Shown: piece after piece, positions 38,521-47,975 of the stretch
Layout: the number at the start of each line of letters is the position of its first letter
How positions within the stretch are numbered: position 1 is the stretch's first letter
Origin: Bacteroidales bacterium
GTDB lineage: Bacteria > Bacteroidota > Bacteroidia > Bacteroidales > UBA7960
Length of the DNA: 64,000 nt
Direction of reading: 5' to 3'
NCBI GenBank assembly: GCA_007125585.1
Contig: SLCY01000087.1
Span: 2,644-66,643 of the forward strand
Notes under the pieces: generated by a model
What the model was told of the DNA's origin: nothing
The model's database searches: none
What the model saw: only the letters and a program-made list of their open reading frames with translations
Position numbers and translations under genes: made by a program

Positions 38521-41316
38521 ATGGACAAGTTTTCCTACATAGGGAACATGGATGTTTCCCGGCTTGAAGCCCTGTATAACGAGTATCAAAAAGACCCGGA
38601 AAGGATGGAGCCTGGCTGGCGGCAGTTCTTTGAGGGTTTTGAGTTTGCAAGGACACACTACCCTGACCCGGACGGTTTCACGGAGAAGGAAAGCACTCTG
38701 TTTCGCAATGAGTTCAATGTGATTGACCTGATCAATGCATACCGGGAGCGCGGACATCTTTTTACCAAAACCAATCCTGTTCGCACCCGCCGGAAATATT
38801 TTCCCACCCTTGATCACCAGAATTTTGGCCTCAATGATGCTGATCTGGATACGGAGTTCCAGGCGGGCAATGAGATCGGCATCGGGAAAACCACCTTGCA
38901 AAAGATCATTGACCATTTGCAGCAAACATATTGTCAAAGTATTGGGGCAGAGTTCATGTACATACGTTCGCCGGAGATCGTTGAGTGGTTGAAACACCGG
39001 ATGGAGGGTGAGAGGAACACGCCGGTATTTGACACCAAAAAGAAGAAGCAGATCCTTGGCAAACTGGTCGAAGCTGTTGGCTTTGAACATTTTGTCAGAA
39101 AGCGTTTCCCGGGACAGAAGCGTTTCAGCCTGGAGGGATGTGAGACGCTCATCCCCGCGCTCGATGCAGTGATAGAGAGGGGGGCTGCCCTGGGTATCCG
39201 CGAATATGTGATTGGCATGGCGCACCGGGGACGGCTCAATGTCCTCGGGAACCTTCTGAAAAAGCCTTACAGACAAATATTCAGTGAGTTTGAGGGAAAG
39301 GAGTATGCTGAAGAGGCCTTGCTGGGAGACGTAAAATACCACCTGGGATGCACCCTGGAAACGACCACCCGCAATGGGCACAGAATCAACATGAGCATCT
39401 CGCCCAACCCCAGCCATCTCGAAGCGGCGAATCCTGTGACAGAAGGTATCTCCAGGGCAAAGACCGACCTGAAACATGGGGGCAGCTATCAGGCCGTGGC
39501 ACCGATAATCATCCATGGGGATGCTTCCATTGCCGGACAGGGGGTGGTATATGAGGTCCTTCAAATGTCGCAGCTGCCGGGTTACAAGACCGGCGGCACC
39601 ATCCACCTGGTCATCAACAACCAGCTGGGGTTCACCACCAATTATCTCGATGGCCGGTCCAGCACCTATTGCACCGACGTGGCCAAGATCATACAAACCC
39701 CCATTTTTCATGTTAACGGTGATGATGTTGAAGCCGTGGTCTATACCATCGAACTGGCCATGGAGTTTCGTCAACGGTTCCAGAGGGATGTGTTTGTTGA
39801 CCTGTTGTCGTACCGCAAATTTGGCCATAACGAAAGCGATGAACCCAGGTTCACCCAGCCTTTGCTTTACAAGATCATAGAAAAGCACCCCGACCCTGCA
39901 ACCATCTATATCAGGAAGCTCCTTAAAAATCAAAACATCAGCGAGGATGAAGCCGACAAACTGAAACAGGCATACAACGAAAAGCTGGATAAGGAACTGG
40001 AAGCAAGTCGCAAAATTGAAAAAGGCAATATCGACCCGTTTCTGGAAAATACATGGAAGGGGATTGCCAGGGCTAAGCCCGGTGACCTGTTAAAACCAAC
40101 CGACACCTCGTTTGATTTACAGACCTTAAAGAAGCTTGGCGATACAATCACCTCGTTGCCCGAAGGGAAGAATTTCTTCCGGAAGACAATTCGTCTGATG
40201 AATGAAAGAAAAAAGATGGTGATGCAGACCGGGAAAGTTGACTGGGCCGTGGGCGAAACCCTGGCTTACGCAACCCTGCTTTACGAAGGTGTACCTGTCA
40301 GGGTCTCAGGCCAGGACTCGGAGCGCGGGACCTTCAGTCACCGGCATGCCGTACTGAAGATTGATGACTCAGAAGAAGAATATGTGCCTTTGAACAACCT
40401 CGGCACAGAACAGGCACATTTCGAAATATTCAATTCGCCGCTTTCAGAATATGGCGTCCTGGGCTTTGAATACGGCTATGCAATGGCCAGCCCCAACAAA
40501 CTGGTTGTCTGGGAAGCACAGTTTGGTGATTTCAGTAACGGGGCACAGATCATCATTGACCAGTTCATCACCAGCGCCGAAGAAAAGTGGAAGGTGCTCA
40601 ACGGACTGGTACTTTATCTTCCCCATGGTTATGAAGGCCAGGGGCCTGAACATTCCAGCGGCCGCATGGAAAGGTTCCTGACCTTATGTGCCGAAAATAA
40701 CATTCAGGTGGTTAATTGCACCACACCGGCAAACTTTTTCCATCTCCTGCGGCGACAAATGAAGCGCCCGTTCCGGAAACCCCTGGTGGTGTTCACCCCA
40801 AAAAGCCTGTTGCGTCATCCCCAGTGCATGTCACCCCTGGAGGATCTCGCAGGAGGCAGGTTTCACCCCTTGCTTGATGACCCTTTTGCCATCCCTGAGA
40901 TCACAGAGAGGGTGATCATCTGCTCGGGAAAGATCTATTACGACCTGAAGGAGGAACTGTCACAAAAAGGTTTTGATCGAACCGCCATCATCAGGCTGGA
41001 ACAATTGTACCCTCTGCCTGAGGACGAACTGAACGCCGTCAGGGAAAAATATGGCAATGCAAAACGGTGGTTATGGGCCCAGGAAGAGCCGCAGAACATG
41101 GGCGCCTGGCCTTTCATCATGATGAATCTGAAGGGGTTCAGCATGAGCGTGATCGCAAGGCCGCCCAGTGCAAGTCCGGCAAGCGGATCGATCAGGTTCC
41201 ACCAGATGCAGCAACGGAAAATTGTGGAAAAAGCTTTTGAGGAGTGCGACTGCGTCAATGTGTGCAGGGAGTGTAAGCAGCTGTGCATTAGTCATTTGGC
41301 TGATAAAGTGTTTTAA
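38521..41316 (+). CDS. sucA: 2-oxoglutarate dehydrogenase E1
   Basis: GQKRFSLEG, GMAHRGRLNVL, GDVKYHLG, NPSHLE, HGDASIAGQG, SGQDSERGTFSHRH, WEAQFGDF, LPHGYEGQGPEHSS. Confidence 0.97.
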   Translation: MDKFSYIGNMDVSRLEALYNEYQKDPERMEPGWRQFFEGFEFARTHYPDPDGFTEKESTLFRNEFNVIDLINAYRERGHLFTKTNPVRTRRKYFPTLDHQNFGLNDADLDTEFQAGNEIGIGKTTLQKIIDHLQQTYCQSIGAEFMYIRSPEIVEWLKHRMEGERNTPVFDTKKKKQILGKLVEAVGFEHFVRKRFPGQKRFSLEGCETLIPALDAVIERGAALGIREYVIGMAHRGRLNVLGNLLKKPYRQIFSEFEGKEYAEEALLGDVKYHLGCTLETTTRNGHRINMSISPNPSHLEAANPVTEGISRAKTDLKHGGSYQAVAPIIIHGDASIAGQGVVYEVLQMSQLPGYKTGGTIHLVINNQLGFTTNYLDGRSSTYCTDVAKIIQTPIFHVNGDDVEAVVYTIELAMEFRQRFQRDVFVDLLSYRKFGHNESDEPRFTQPLLYKIIEKHPDPATIYIRKLLKNQNISEDEADKLKQAYNEKLDKELEASRKIEKGNIDPFLENTWKGIARAKPGDLLKPTDTSFDLQTLKKLGDTITSLPEGKNFFRKTIRLMNERKKMVMQTGKVDWAVGETLAYATLLYEGVPVRVSGQDSERGTFSHRHAVLKIDDSEEEYVPLNNLGTEQAHFEIFNSPLSEYGVLGFEYGYAMASPNKLVVWEAQFGDFSNGAQIIIDQFITSAEEKWKVLNGLVLYLPHGYEGQGPEHSSGRMERFLTLCAENNIQVVNCTTPANFFHLLRRQMKRPFRKPLVVFTPKSLLRHPQCMSPLEDLAGGRFHPLLDDPFAIPEITERVIICSGKIYYDLKEELSQKGFDRTAIIRLEQLYPLPEDELNAVREKYGNAKRWLWAQEEPQNMGAWPFIMMNLKGFSMSVIARPPSASPASGSIRFHQMQQRKIVEKAFEECDCVNVCRECKQLCISHLADKVF

Positions 41317-41331
41317 AAATACCATTGATCA

Positions 41332-42618
41332 ATGAAAATAGACATTAGCGTACCGGAAGCAGGCGAATCCATCACGCAGGTAGAACTGGCCCGATGGCTG
41401 GTGGAGGATGGGGTTTATGTGGAAAAAGATCAGGAGATCGCTGAAATCGATTCCGACAAGGCGACGTTGACCATCAATGCCGGTGCGGCGGGGGTGATCA
41501 AGATCGCCGTGGAAGAAGGCACCACTCTTGAGCCAGGCAAGGTGATCGGCCAGATCGACACCCAGGCAAACCCGCCGGAGCCCGGCAAGGGGATCGGCCA
41601 GACCAGCACCCAGGCTGCACCACCGGCGTCGGCAGATACGGGGCAAGGCGAAAAACAAAGTCCTGAACAGGATATGCAGTCGGGGGATGTTACTTTTTCG
41701 CCGCAGGCAAAAAAAATGATGGAAGACCTGGGGATATCACCGGGTTTGGATGCTATTCGTCCCGACAGCAAAAGGATCACAAAGAAAGACATTCTTGCTG
41801 CTATTTCTTCGCGGGTTACCGGTGCCGACCATTCCCCGCAAACTGGTCCTCCTACCGTGACAGCCCGCCCTTGGGGCAGCACCCGTAAGGAAGACCGGCA
41901 AAAAATGTCCACCTTGAGAAAAAAAGTGGCTGAACGCCTGGTGGCGGTTAAAAACCAGACCGCCATGCTGACCACTTTCAATGAAGCCGACATGTCGGCC
42001 ATCATCAGTTTGCGCAAGAAATACCAGAAGGGCTTTACAGAAAAGTATGGATTCAAGCTGGGCTTCATGTCCTTTTTTGTGAAGGCAATCGCAGAAAGCA
42101 TCCCGTTCTTTCCCCAGGTGAATGGCTATATTGACGGCAACCATATGGTTATCCCTGACTACGCTGACATTGGCATTGCCGTAAGCACCCCAAAAGGGCT
42201 GATGGTACCTGTGATCAGGGATGCCAACCGGCGATCCATCCCCGCACTGGAAAAGACCATCAATGAAATGGCCGAAAAGGCACGTGCAAACAAACTATCG
42301 ATCGAAGAGCTGACCGGCGGTACGATATCCATCACCAATGGTGGTGTTTTTGGTTCCATGTTGTCCACCCCCATCATTAATCCGCCGCAAAGCGCCATCC
42401 TGGGCATGCACAATATCATTGAACGGCCGGTGGCCATCGACGGCAAGGTGGCGATCCGTCCAATGATGTACCTGGCCCTTTCTTATGACCATCGCATCAT
42501 CGATGGCAAAGAATCGGTGGGATTCCTTGTAAAAGTTAAAGAGTTCATTGAAAATCCCGGAAAAATGGTGATGCAGGGCAAAGACCCGCTGGAAGTATTG
42601 ATAGGCCTCGGCGAATGA
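41332..42618 (+). CDS. sucB: Dihydrolipoyllysine succinyltransferase E2
   Basis: Lipoyl domain (GESIT...DSDKAT), [34 protein letters not shown]. Confidence 0.96.
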   Translation: MKIDISVPEAGESITQVELARWLVEDGVYVEKDQEIAEIDSDKATLTINAGAAGVIKIAVEEGTTLEPGKVIGQIDTQANPPEPGKGIGQTSTQAAPPASADTGQGEKQSPEQDMQSGDVTFSPQAKKMMEDLGISPGLDAIRPDSKRITKKDILAAISSRVTGADHSPQTGPPTVTARPWGSTRKEDRQKMSTLRKKVAERLVAVKNQTAMLTTFNEADMSAIISLRKKYQKGFTEKYGFKLGFMSFFVKAIAESIPFFPQVNGYIDGNHMVIPDYADIGIAVSTPKGLMVPVIRDANRRSIPALEKTINEMAEKARANKLSIEELTGGTISITNGGVFGSMLSTPIINPPQSAILGMHNIIERPVAIDGKVAIRPMMYLALSYDHRIIDGKESVGFLVKVKEFIENPGKMVMQGKDPLEVLIGLGE

Positions 42619-42729
42619 GAAGACAGGGGCTTAAGGGGTTAAACACCCGGTGCTGACCCCGGGCAAGAAATGCTGCAGGAACAAAAACCGGGAACACCAC
42701 ATCAATTGATACAAAAAAACATAACACCC

Positions 42730-43257
42730 ATGGCACTCATAAAATCCATCAGGGGCTTTACGCCCGTATTCGGCAGGGACTGTTACCTTGCTGACAATGC
42801 AACCATCATCGGCGACGTGGTGATGGGCGACCATTGCAGTGTGTGGTTCAATGCGGTGATCCGCGGGGATGTGCATTATATCCGTATCGGGAACAACGTC
42901 AATATCCAGGATGGCGCCATGGTCCATGGCACGTTCGAAACCGCCCCCACAATCATTGGGAACAATGTATCCGTTGCCCACAATGCCATTGTTCATGGCT
43001 GTACCCTGAAAGACAACGTGCTGGTCGGCATGAATGCGGTGGTGATGGATCATGCCGTGGTGGGCAAAAACTCTGTTATTTCTGCCGGGGCTGTGGTCCT
43101 GGAAAACACCATCATTGAACCCGGAAGTGTGTATGGCGGCATCCCCGCAAAAAAAATCAAACAGATCAGCAAGGAGCTCTCCGAAGACCTGTTAGAAAGG
43201 ATCTCCAGAAACTATATCAGGTATGCGGCTTGGTACAGGGAGAAGGCGGGCAAATAA
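42730..43257 (+). CDS. Gamma carbonic anhydrase family (YrdA-like) hexapeptide protein
   Basis: SVWFNAVIRGDV, NIQDGAMVH, HNAIVHGC Zn ligands. Confidence 0.9.
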   Translation: MALIKSIRGFTPVFGRDCYLADNATIIGDVVMGDHCSVWFNAVIRGDVHYIRIGNNVNIQDGAMVHGTFETAPTIIGNNVSVAHNAIVHGCTLKDNVLVGMNAVVMDHAVVGKNSVISAGAVVLENTIIEPGSVYGGIPAKKIKQISKELSEDLLERISRNYIRYAAWYREKAGK

Positions 43258-43337
43258 AAATGCCCGCAGCGGCCGGTGTGAACGCACACAACCTCCCGGG
43301 CATCTGAATATCCCTTTTGTTGTTAAATTGGACTACA

Positions 43338-43856
43338 CTAAAGTCCCAGCTCTTCCCTTACCAGGGGCATGATATCATCACCATTTTCCCAGAATACCAT
43401 GGAGCCACCGCTGGAATCAAAGATATAGGTATAGCCTTTGTCCCTTCCTACTTTTTGGATGGCCTCCCTGGCTTCTTCGATGATGGGGTTCAGTAACCTT
43501 TCTTCCTGCTCCATAATATCCTGCTGGGCCATCTCCTGGAATTCCATGATGCGCTCGTTGAGGCTCTGCAGTTCCCGTTCTTTTGATTGCCTGACCAGTT
43601 GGGAATAGGTTTCCTGGTTTTGAATATATTCCTGGTATTTGGTCTGAAACTCATTTTGCATGGCTGTAAAGGTTTGCTCCAGCTCCTGGGCATACCTTTC
43701 AAGATCTGCCTGCGCCTGGTCGCGGCCCGGCATCATGCGGAGAAGCTCATTTGTGTTTATATGTCCCAGCTTCGCTTCGGCTTCGATTTGCGCGGTCAGG
43801 GGGGCACTTCCGAGCAATAAGAACAAGAAAAGGGACAGGCTAAGCATTTTTTTCAT
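43338..43856 (-). CDS. skp: OmpH/Skp periplasmic chaperone
   Basis: Signal peptide; KLGHIN..ELL..MP, coiled coil, LLNPI...AI..VG...GYTYIFD, DI...V..ELGL. Confidence 0.85.
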   Translation of the reverse strand: MKKMLSLSLFLFLLLGSAPLTAQIEAEAKLGHINTNELLRMMPGRDQAQADLERYAQELEQTFTAMQNEFQTKYQEYIQNQETYSQLVRQSKERELQSLNERIMEFQEMAQQDIMEQEERLLNPIIEEAREAIQKVGRDKGYTYIFDSSGGSMVFWENGDDIMPLVREELGL

Positions 43857-44087
43857 TGCAATGATTGACTTAAAGGTTAATATTACATTCTGGCGCACAA
43901 ATTTAAACAATAAAAACAAAATGAGTGCTTTTTTAACAGCATTTAAGAAGATTGTTGAAGCTACTGTTCAGACGGGGCCAAACAGGCCTGGGCAGGGAAC
44001 GACCATCAGCCTGCACGGGAAAAGCCGGGTTTGTGAAATGTTCGTAGCGATTCAAAAATAAAATATTTTGATGTATCAAAAAAACCG

Positions 44088-44095
44088 TATATTTG
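44088..44095 (+). promoter_or_regulatory. Bacteroidota -7 promoter for the tRNA pair (TATATTTG)
   Basis: TAnnTTTG 19 nt upstream of tRNA-Gly, with TTTG about 20 nt further upstream. Confidence 0.7.
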
Positions 44096-44114
44096 CAACC
44101 GCAAACGATCGCAG

Positions 44115-44187
<73 letters not shown>

Positions 44188-44195
44188 CAAAACAC

Positions 44196-44219
44196 ACCTC
44201 TGAAAAGAGGTTTTTTTTT
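44196..44219 (+). terminator. Terminator-like hairpin between tRNA-Gly and tRNA-Leu
   Basis: ACCTCT-GAAA-AGAGGT followed by a T-run. Confidence 0.55.
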
Positions 44220-44246
44220 ATCTGCCTGACATGTTTTTTCAGGCAT

Positions 44247-44331
44247 GCCCGGATGGTGGAATTGGTAGACACCCAGGACTTAAAATCCTGTGGCCATTGC
44301 GGCCGTGCCGGTTCGAGCCCGGCTCCGGGTA
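44247..44331 (+). tRNA. tRNA-Leu (TAA)
   Basis: GCCCGGA/TCCGGGT acceptor stem, GGTGGAATTGGTAGACAC, CAGGA-CTTAAAA-TCCTG, long variable arm GGCC..GGCC, GGTTCGAGCCC. Confidence 0.95.
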
Positions 44332-44334
44332 CAG

Positions 44335-44376
44335 CAAACCCCTCATAACCTGTTGGTTGCAAGGGGTTTTGTTTTT
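44335..44376 (+). terminator. Hairpin/terminator after tRNA-Leu, convergent with gatD
   Basis: AAACCCCT...AGGGGTTT inverted repeat followed by a T-rich tract. Confidence 0.5.
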
Positions 44377-44437
44377 CCGGGGGTTCATGCAACCTTGATG
44401 TTGCACGGAGACGTGCCTGCCCGGTGGTTGCGAGGAA

Positions 44438-45823
44438 CTACTTCCTGAAGCGCCTGATAAAGTCCTCTACCTCCGGCACGCCGCCCTGGTATACCAGGTA
44501 ACCATTATATGGTTCCCGCCGTGTGATATCGTCGTTCATGGGAGTCAGCATGATCTTCTTCACTTCTTCCAGGTCAGCGGTTTGTCCCAGGGCCCATCCC
44601 AGCTTCACCCAGGCCACCTCAGGCAGCATGTTTTCGGCAGGGACAACACCCAGGGCCATCATCTCACGGCCGGTCTCATAGACAAACATCTGCACGTAGC
44701 CCCAAAGCGTTTGCACTGTCATGTATACGGCCACACCCTTTTTATGTGCGCGTTCCAGGGCAGGATACAGGGGCTTGTTGACATGACCCAGGCCTGTACC
44801 GGCAATGATAATGCCTTTGTATCCATTGTCCACCAATGAATCCACCATATCGGGAAACATGTTGGGGTAATAATACAGGATGGCCACCCTTTCTTCAAAA
44901 TATGGCATGATGGTCACCTTTTTGTTCTTCCTGCGCGGGTTGTAATCTTTTTTGATGGGTTTCACCCCTTTGGTCGTCACCGTGGCCAGGGGCATGTCGC
45001 CCAGGGTACGGAAAGTGCTCCGGTAGGACGAATGCATTTTGCGAACACGTGTCCCGCGGTGCAGCATACCATATTCATCAGAGGTAGGACCGAACATGCA
45101 TACCATCACCTCGGCGATATCCCCATGTCCGGCCGTATAACAGGCATGCATGAGGTTGAGTGCGGCATCGGATGACGGCCGGTCAGAAGAACGCTGTGAG
45201 CCTACAAGCACGATAGGCACAGGCGGGTCTTTGATCATGTAGGTCAGCGCCGCGGCAGTATGGTGCAGGGTGTCCGTGCCATGGCCAATGACAATCCCGT
45301 CAATGCCATTCTCTATCTCTTTGCCGATGGCAACAGCAAGTTGTTTATATTGTGCCGCACCCATGTTTTCACTGAATACGGCAAACACCTTTTCAGTGGT
45401 CAAATTACAGATCTCGGCCAGTTCGGGGACTGCACCATAAAGCTCCCCCGGTGAGAAGGCAGGGATGACGGCCCCTGTCCGGTAATCCAGCCTTGAGGCT
45501 ATCGTTCCGCCGGTACCAATCAGCTTCACCCGGGGCAGCCCCTTGGTATACGGGAACTCCTGCTCGGGGATCTTATAATTGGCCTTCTTGTATCCGGTCT
45601 CCTCCATGTCGAGGATGGTGCCGACATCGATACCCACATTATAGCCCGTGGGGATCTTTAAGACGATATGCCCGTCATCATCGTTTTCAGAACGCGGCAA
45701 CACCGTACCCACAAAGTTTCCCCTGCTGGTAGCGATCTTCGCCTGGCCCCACACCCTGACGTTGTATTTTTTAAGGGTTCGCAAGGCCCGCCCCCTGTAT
45801 CCCTGGAAAAAGTCTTCACTCAT
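44438..45823 (-). CDS. gatD: Glu-tRNA(Gln) amidotransferase subunit D (archaeal-type glutaminase subunit)
   Basis: N-terminal GatD_N-like domain (HIVLKIPTGYNVG); TGGTIASRLDYRTGAV, SENM, HGTDTL, GSQRSSDRPSSDA, HRGTRVRKMHSS.R..F, MLPEVAWVKLGWALG. Confidence 0.92.
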   Translation of the reverse strand: MSEDFFQGYRGRALRTLKKYNVRVWGQAKIATSRGNFVGTVLPRSENDDDGHIVLKIPTGYNVGIDVGTILDMEETGYKKANYKIPEQEFPYTKGLPRVKLIGTGGTIASRLDYRTGAVIPAFSPGELYGAVPELAEICNLTTEKVFAVFSENMGAAQYKQLAVAIGKEIENGIDGIVIGHGTDTLHHTAAALTYMIKDPPVPIVLVGSQRSSDRPSSDAALNLMHACYTAGHGDIAEVMVCMFGPTSDEYGMLHRGTRVRKMHSSYRSTFRTLGDMPLATVTTKGVKPIKKDYNPRRKNKKVTIMPYFEERVAILYYYPNMFPDMVDSLVDNGYKGIIIAGTGLGHVNKPLYPALERAHKKGVAVYMTVQTLWGYVQMFVYETGREMMALGVVPAENMLPEVAWVKLGWALGQTADLEEVKKIMLTPMNDDITRREPYNGYLVYQGGVPEVEDFIRRFRK

Positions 45824-45846
45824 CGTATCGCTGGATTATATCACTC

Positions 45847-47844
45847 TTATAACGCTTCATCCTGCCTGTTGCCCCCTACCCCTTCACTAACAGATGCCTT
45901 CAGCCTGCACATTGGCATATTGCCCAGGGCAGCGGGCCGTAATTGCCCCATCAGCCAGCTTACCTCCGCTTCCCTGCCGTGATTGATGCGTATGCTGCTG
46001 AATTTCTTTTTCAGGAAGTCCAGGTTCGCCAGCACATCACTTTCGTTCATGGGAGAGTAGCCGACGCTGGTCAGTATGGAGTCCATATCCATTTTGGGAT
46101 GCTGATAGATCACCGGCAAAATGGGCTTGATCAGCTCAGCATCAAGCCCTCTTTTCCGAAGGGCCCTCATCATTCCGGCCACTTGTGCGTAACGGAACCC
46201 CGGGGCCCTCTCATAGTGGCCTTCCACAAACCGCATCCGCTGTCCGAGGAGTGTTGCGGCAAATACCGGCTCCTCCCCGTCTCCTTCGACCATTTCCTTC
46301 AACAGCGGGAAGAGGTTATTCCGCAAAATATATGTATGGACATCTTCGGGAACCCCCCATTTTTTCATTGTTTTGTAGGCCACAATGGTTTCAGAAGGCA
46401 GGTTTTGTCTCAGCCGCTCAATGTCATCATCAAGCAACGGGATGGGTGGCGAGTCGGTGTCGGGGTACATGCGGTCAGCACCGGGAAGAACCCTTTCGAA
46501 GATGGTGGTCCCGTCGGGGAATGACTTCCTGGTTTCATTGGGTACCCCTTCAAAAGCCATGCGGCATCTCTCTTCGATGGTCTCCAGGGCCGTCGGGATA
46601 TCCTCTTCCGGGCCCCAGAAAAAGAGGACCGCGTCATTGACCTTGCTGCCCATGATCCTGCGGAGTTGCCGGAACGCCTCCGCGCCCTCCATTGACTTCA
46701 AAGCATCGTGTGTGCACATATTGGGCTTTTCGATACAGGCCACGACCTTTAACCGGTCGCTGATCTCATCGGCAAACACCTTGCCTGGCTGGGTAAAATG
46801 CGACAAAACACCCAGGAATCCCGGAAGAGACACGCCATAAAGCTTCATCCCCGCATTCCTAAGACCTTTAAGGGCTTTCGAACGGAAGTTAAAGTCCCTG
46901 GAGTTAAGCTCCCTGGAGGTCATCTTCCATGCCTCCGGCTTTTTAAACCTCTCAAGAAGCTTCTCCCGTATATGGAGCAACGCCCATTGGCGAAAAGCCT
47001 CATTGTGGGTCAGCTCGGGGATCCATTTGATGCGCGACACCCCTTTGATCTCCACACGTGTTCCGCCGCGACAGCTTACGTTCACATCCTGCCGTGCCGC
47101 GCCAATGCCTGTCCGGACCTTGTCGATGCTGCGATTGAGAAAGCGGATCACCTGGCAGGCCTCAGCCACCTCGTCAGGGGTTACCATGTCGGGGTAAGTC
47201 ACCGTCTCGATCAAAGGCATGCCCAGACGGTCAGTCTTGTACGTTCGCCAGTGCCCTATATCGGATATCTCCCGGCAGGAATCCTCTTCCAGGCTCAGCT
47301 GGATCAAGCGCACCAGCTTGTGCCGCAACTGGATGGCACCCTCTACGCCTATGATGGCCGTCCTTTGAAAACCAGTAGGGATACTGCCGTCAAGATACTG
47401 CTTGCGCGTAATATGGATCTCACCTACAATATTCAGTTTTTTCAGGAGCGATATCTGAATGGCGATATCCACAGCTTCCCGGTTAATGGGAAAAGGCGGG
47501 GTATCATCCACCTCATAGGTGCAGGTGGTCTCATTCTTTATACGGTAAACAATGTTTTTCTTTGTTTTGAACTCCATCAGCGCAGTGCCATCATATTCGC
47601 CCAACTCACTAAGTGTCGGACGCATATGGCGAATCACCTCCGCATCATATTCATCATCCTGATAAATGCCGGCCGGGCAGCGACAGAACAGTTTTTCCCT
47701 GGTATGCAGTTGCTGGTGCACTTCGAGGCCCGACATGAAACCGATGCGTTCGTAGTCTTTCCGGGTCGCTTGTTTCCTGGGCACATAGCCAATGGCCTGC
47801 ATGCTATCGCGGTAATTCTGCGCTGGAGAGGGTTTTTTCTTCAT
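45847..47844 (-). CDS. gatE: Glu-tRNA(Gln) amidotransferase subunit E
   Basis: GLEVHQQL...KLFCRCP, RPTLSELGEYD..A..E, TCTYEVDDTPP, RKQYLDGSIPTGFQRT, LEEDSCR, DRLGMPLIE, GIGAARQDVNVS..GGTRVEIKGV, central insertion, PNETR, RVLPGADRMYPDTD. Confidence 0.92.
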   Translation of the reverse strand: MKKKPSPAQNYRDSMQAIGYVPRKQATRKDYERIGFMSGLEVHQQLHTREKLFCRCPAGIYQDDEYDAEVIRHMRPTLSELGEYDGTALMEFKTKKNIVYRIKNETTCTYEVDDTPPFPINREAVDIAIQISLLKKLNIVGEIHITRKQYLDGSIPTGFQRTAIIGVEGAIQLRHKLVRLIQLSLEEDSCREISDIGHWRTYKTDRLGMPLIETVTYPDMVTPDEVAEACQVIRFLNRSIDKVRTGIGAARQDVNVSCRGGTRVEIKGVSRIKWIPELTHNEAFRQWALLHIREKLLERFKKPEAWKMTSRELNSRDFNFRSKALKGLRNAGMKLYGVSLPGFLGVLSHFTQPGKVFADEISDRLKVVACIEKPNMCTHDALKSMEGAEAFRQLRRIMGSKVNDAVLFFWGPEEDIPTALETIEERCRMAFEGVPNETRKSFPDGTTIFERVLPGADRMYPDTDSPPIPLLDDDIERLRQNLPSETIVAYKTMKKWGVPEDVHTYILRNNLFPLLKEMVEGDGEEPVFAATLLGQRMRFVEGHYERAPGFRYAQVAGMMRALRKRGLDAELIKPILPVIYQHPKMDMDSILTSVGYSPMNESDVLANLDFLKKKFSSIRINHGREAEVSWLMGQLRPAALGNMPMCRLKASVSEGVGGNRQDEAL

Positions 47845-47975
47845 TCAGGTCCGGTTTTGTCGTAACCAACGCTTGCTGGTTTACAGATCCATGGTGTGTC
47901 GGCCACACTATCTTCGTGTCCTGCACCCGCAGTGTGGCGTAGCCTGTGGCAGCCGATGCCAGGACAACAGTCGTA

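Noticed and set aside
38500..39933. 477-aa minus-strand ORF
   Set aside because: Antisense shadow of sucA with no motifs
42625..42646. GGGGCTTAAGGGGTTAAA as a third copy of the modular repeat
   Set aside because: Only about two degenerate units and none of the flanking modules
44438..45823. Plain type I L-asparaginase call
   Set aside because: The N-terminal extension, DYRTGAV, QRSSDRPSSD and adjacency to gatE indicate GatD
45847..47844. Bacterial GatB call
   Set aside because: Too long, has the GatE-type insertion and motifs, and no gatA/gatC is adjacent
46798..47865. 355-aa plus-strand ORF
   Set aside because: Antisense shadow of gatE
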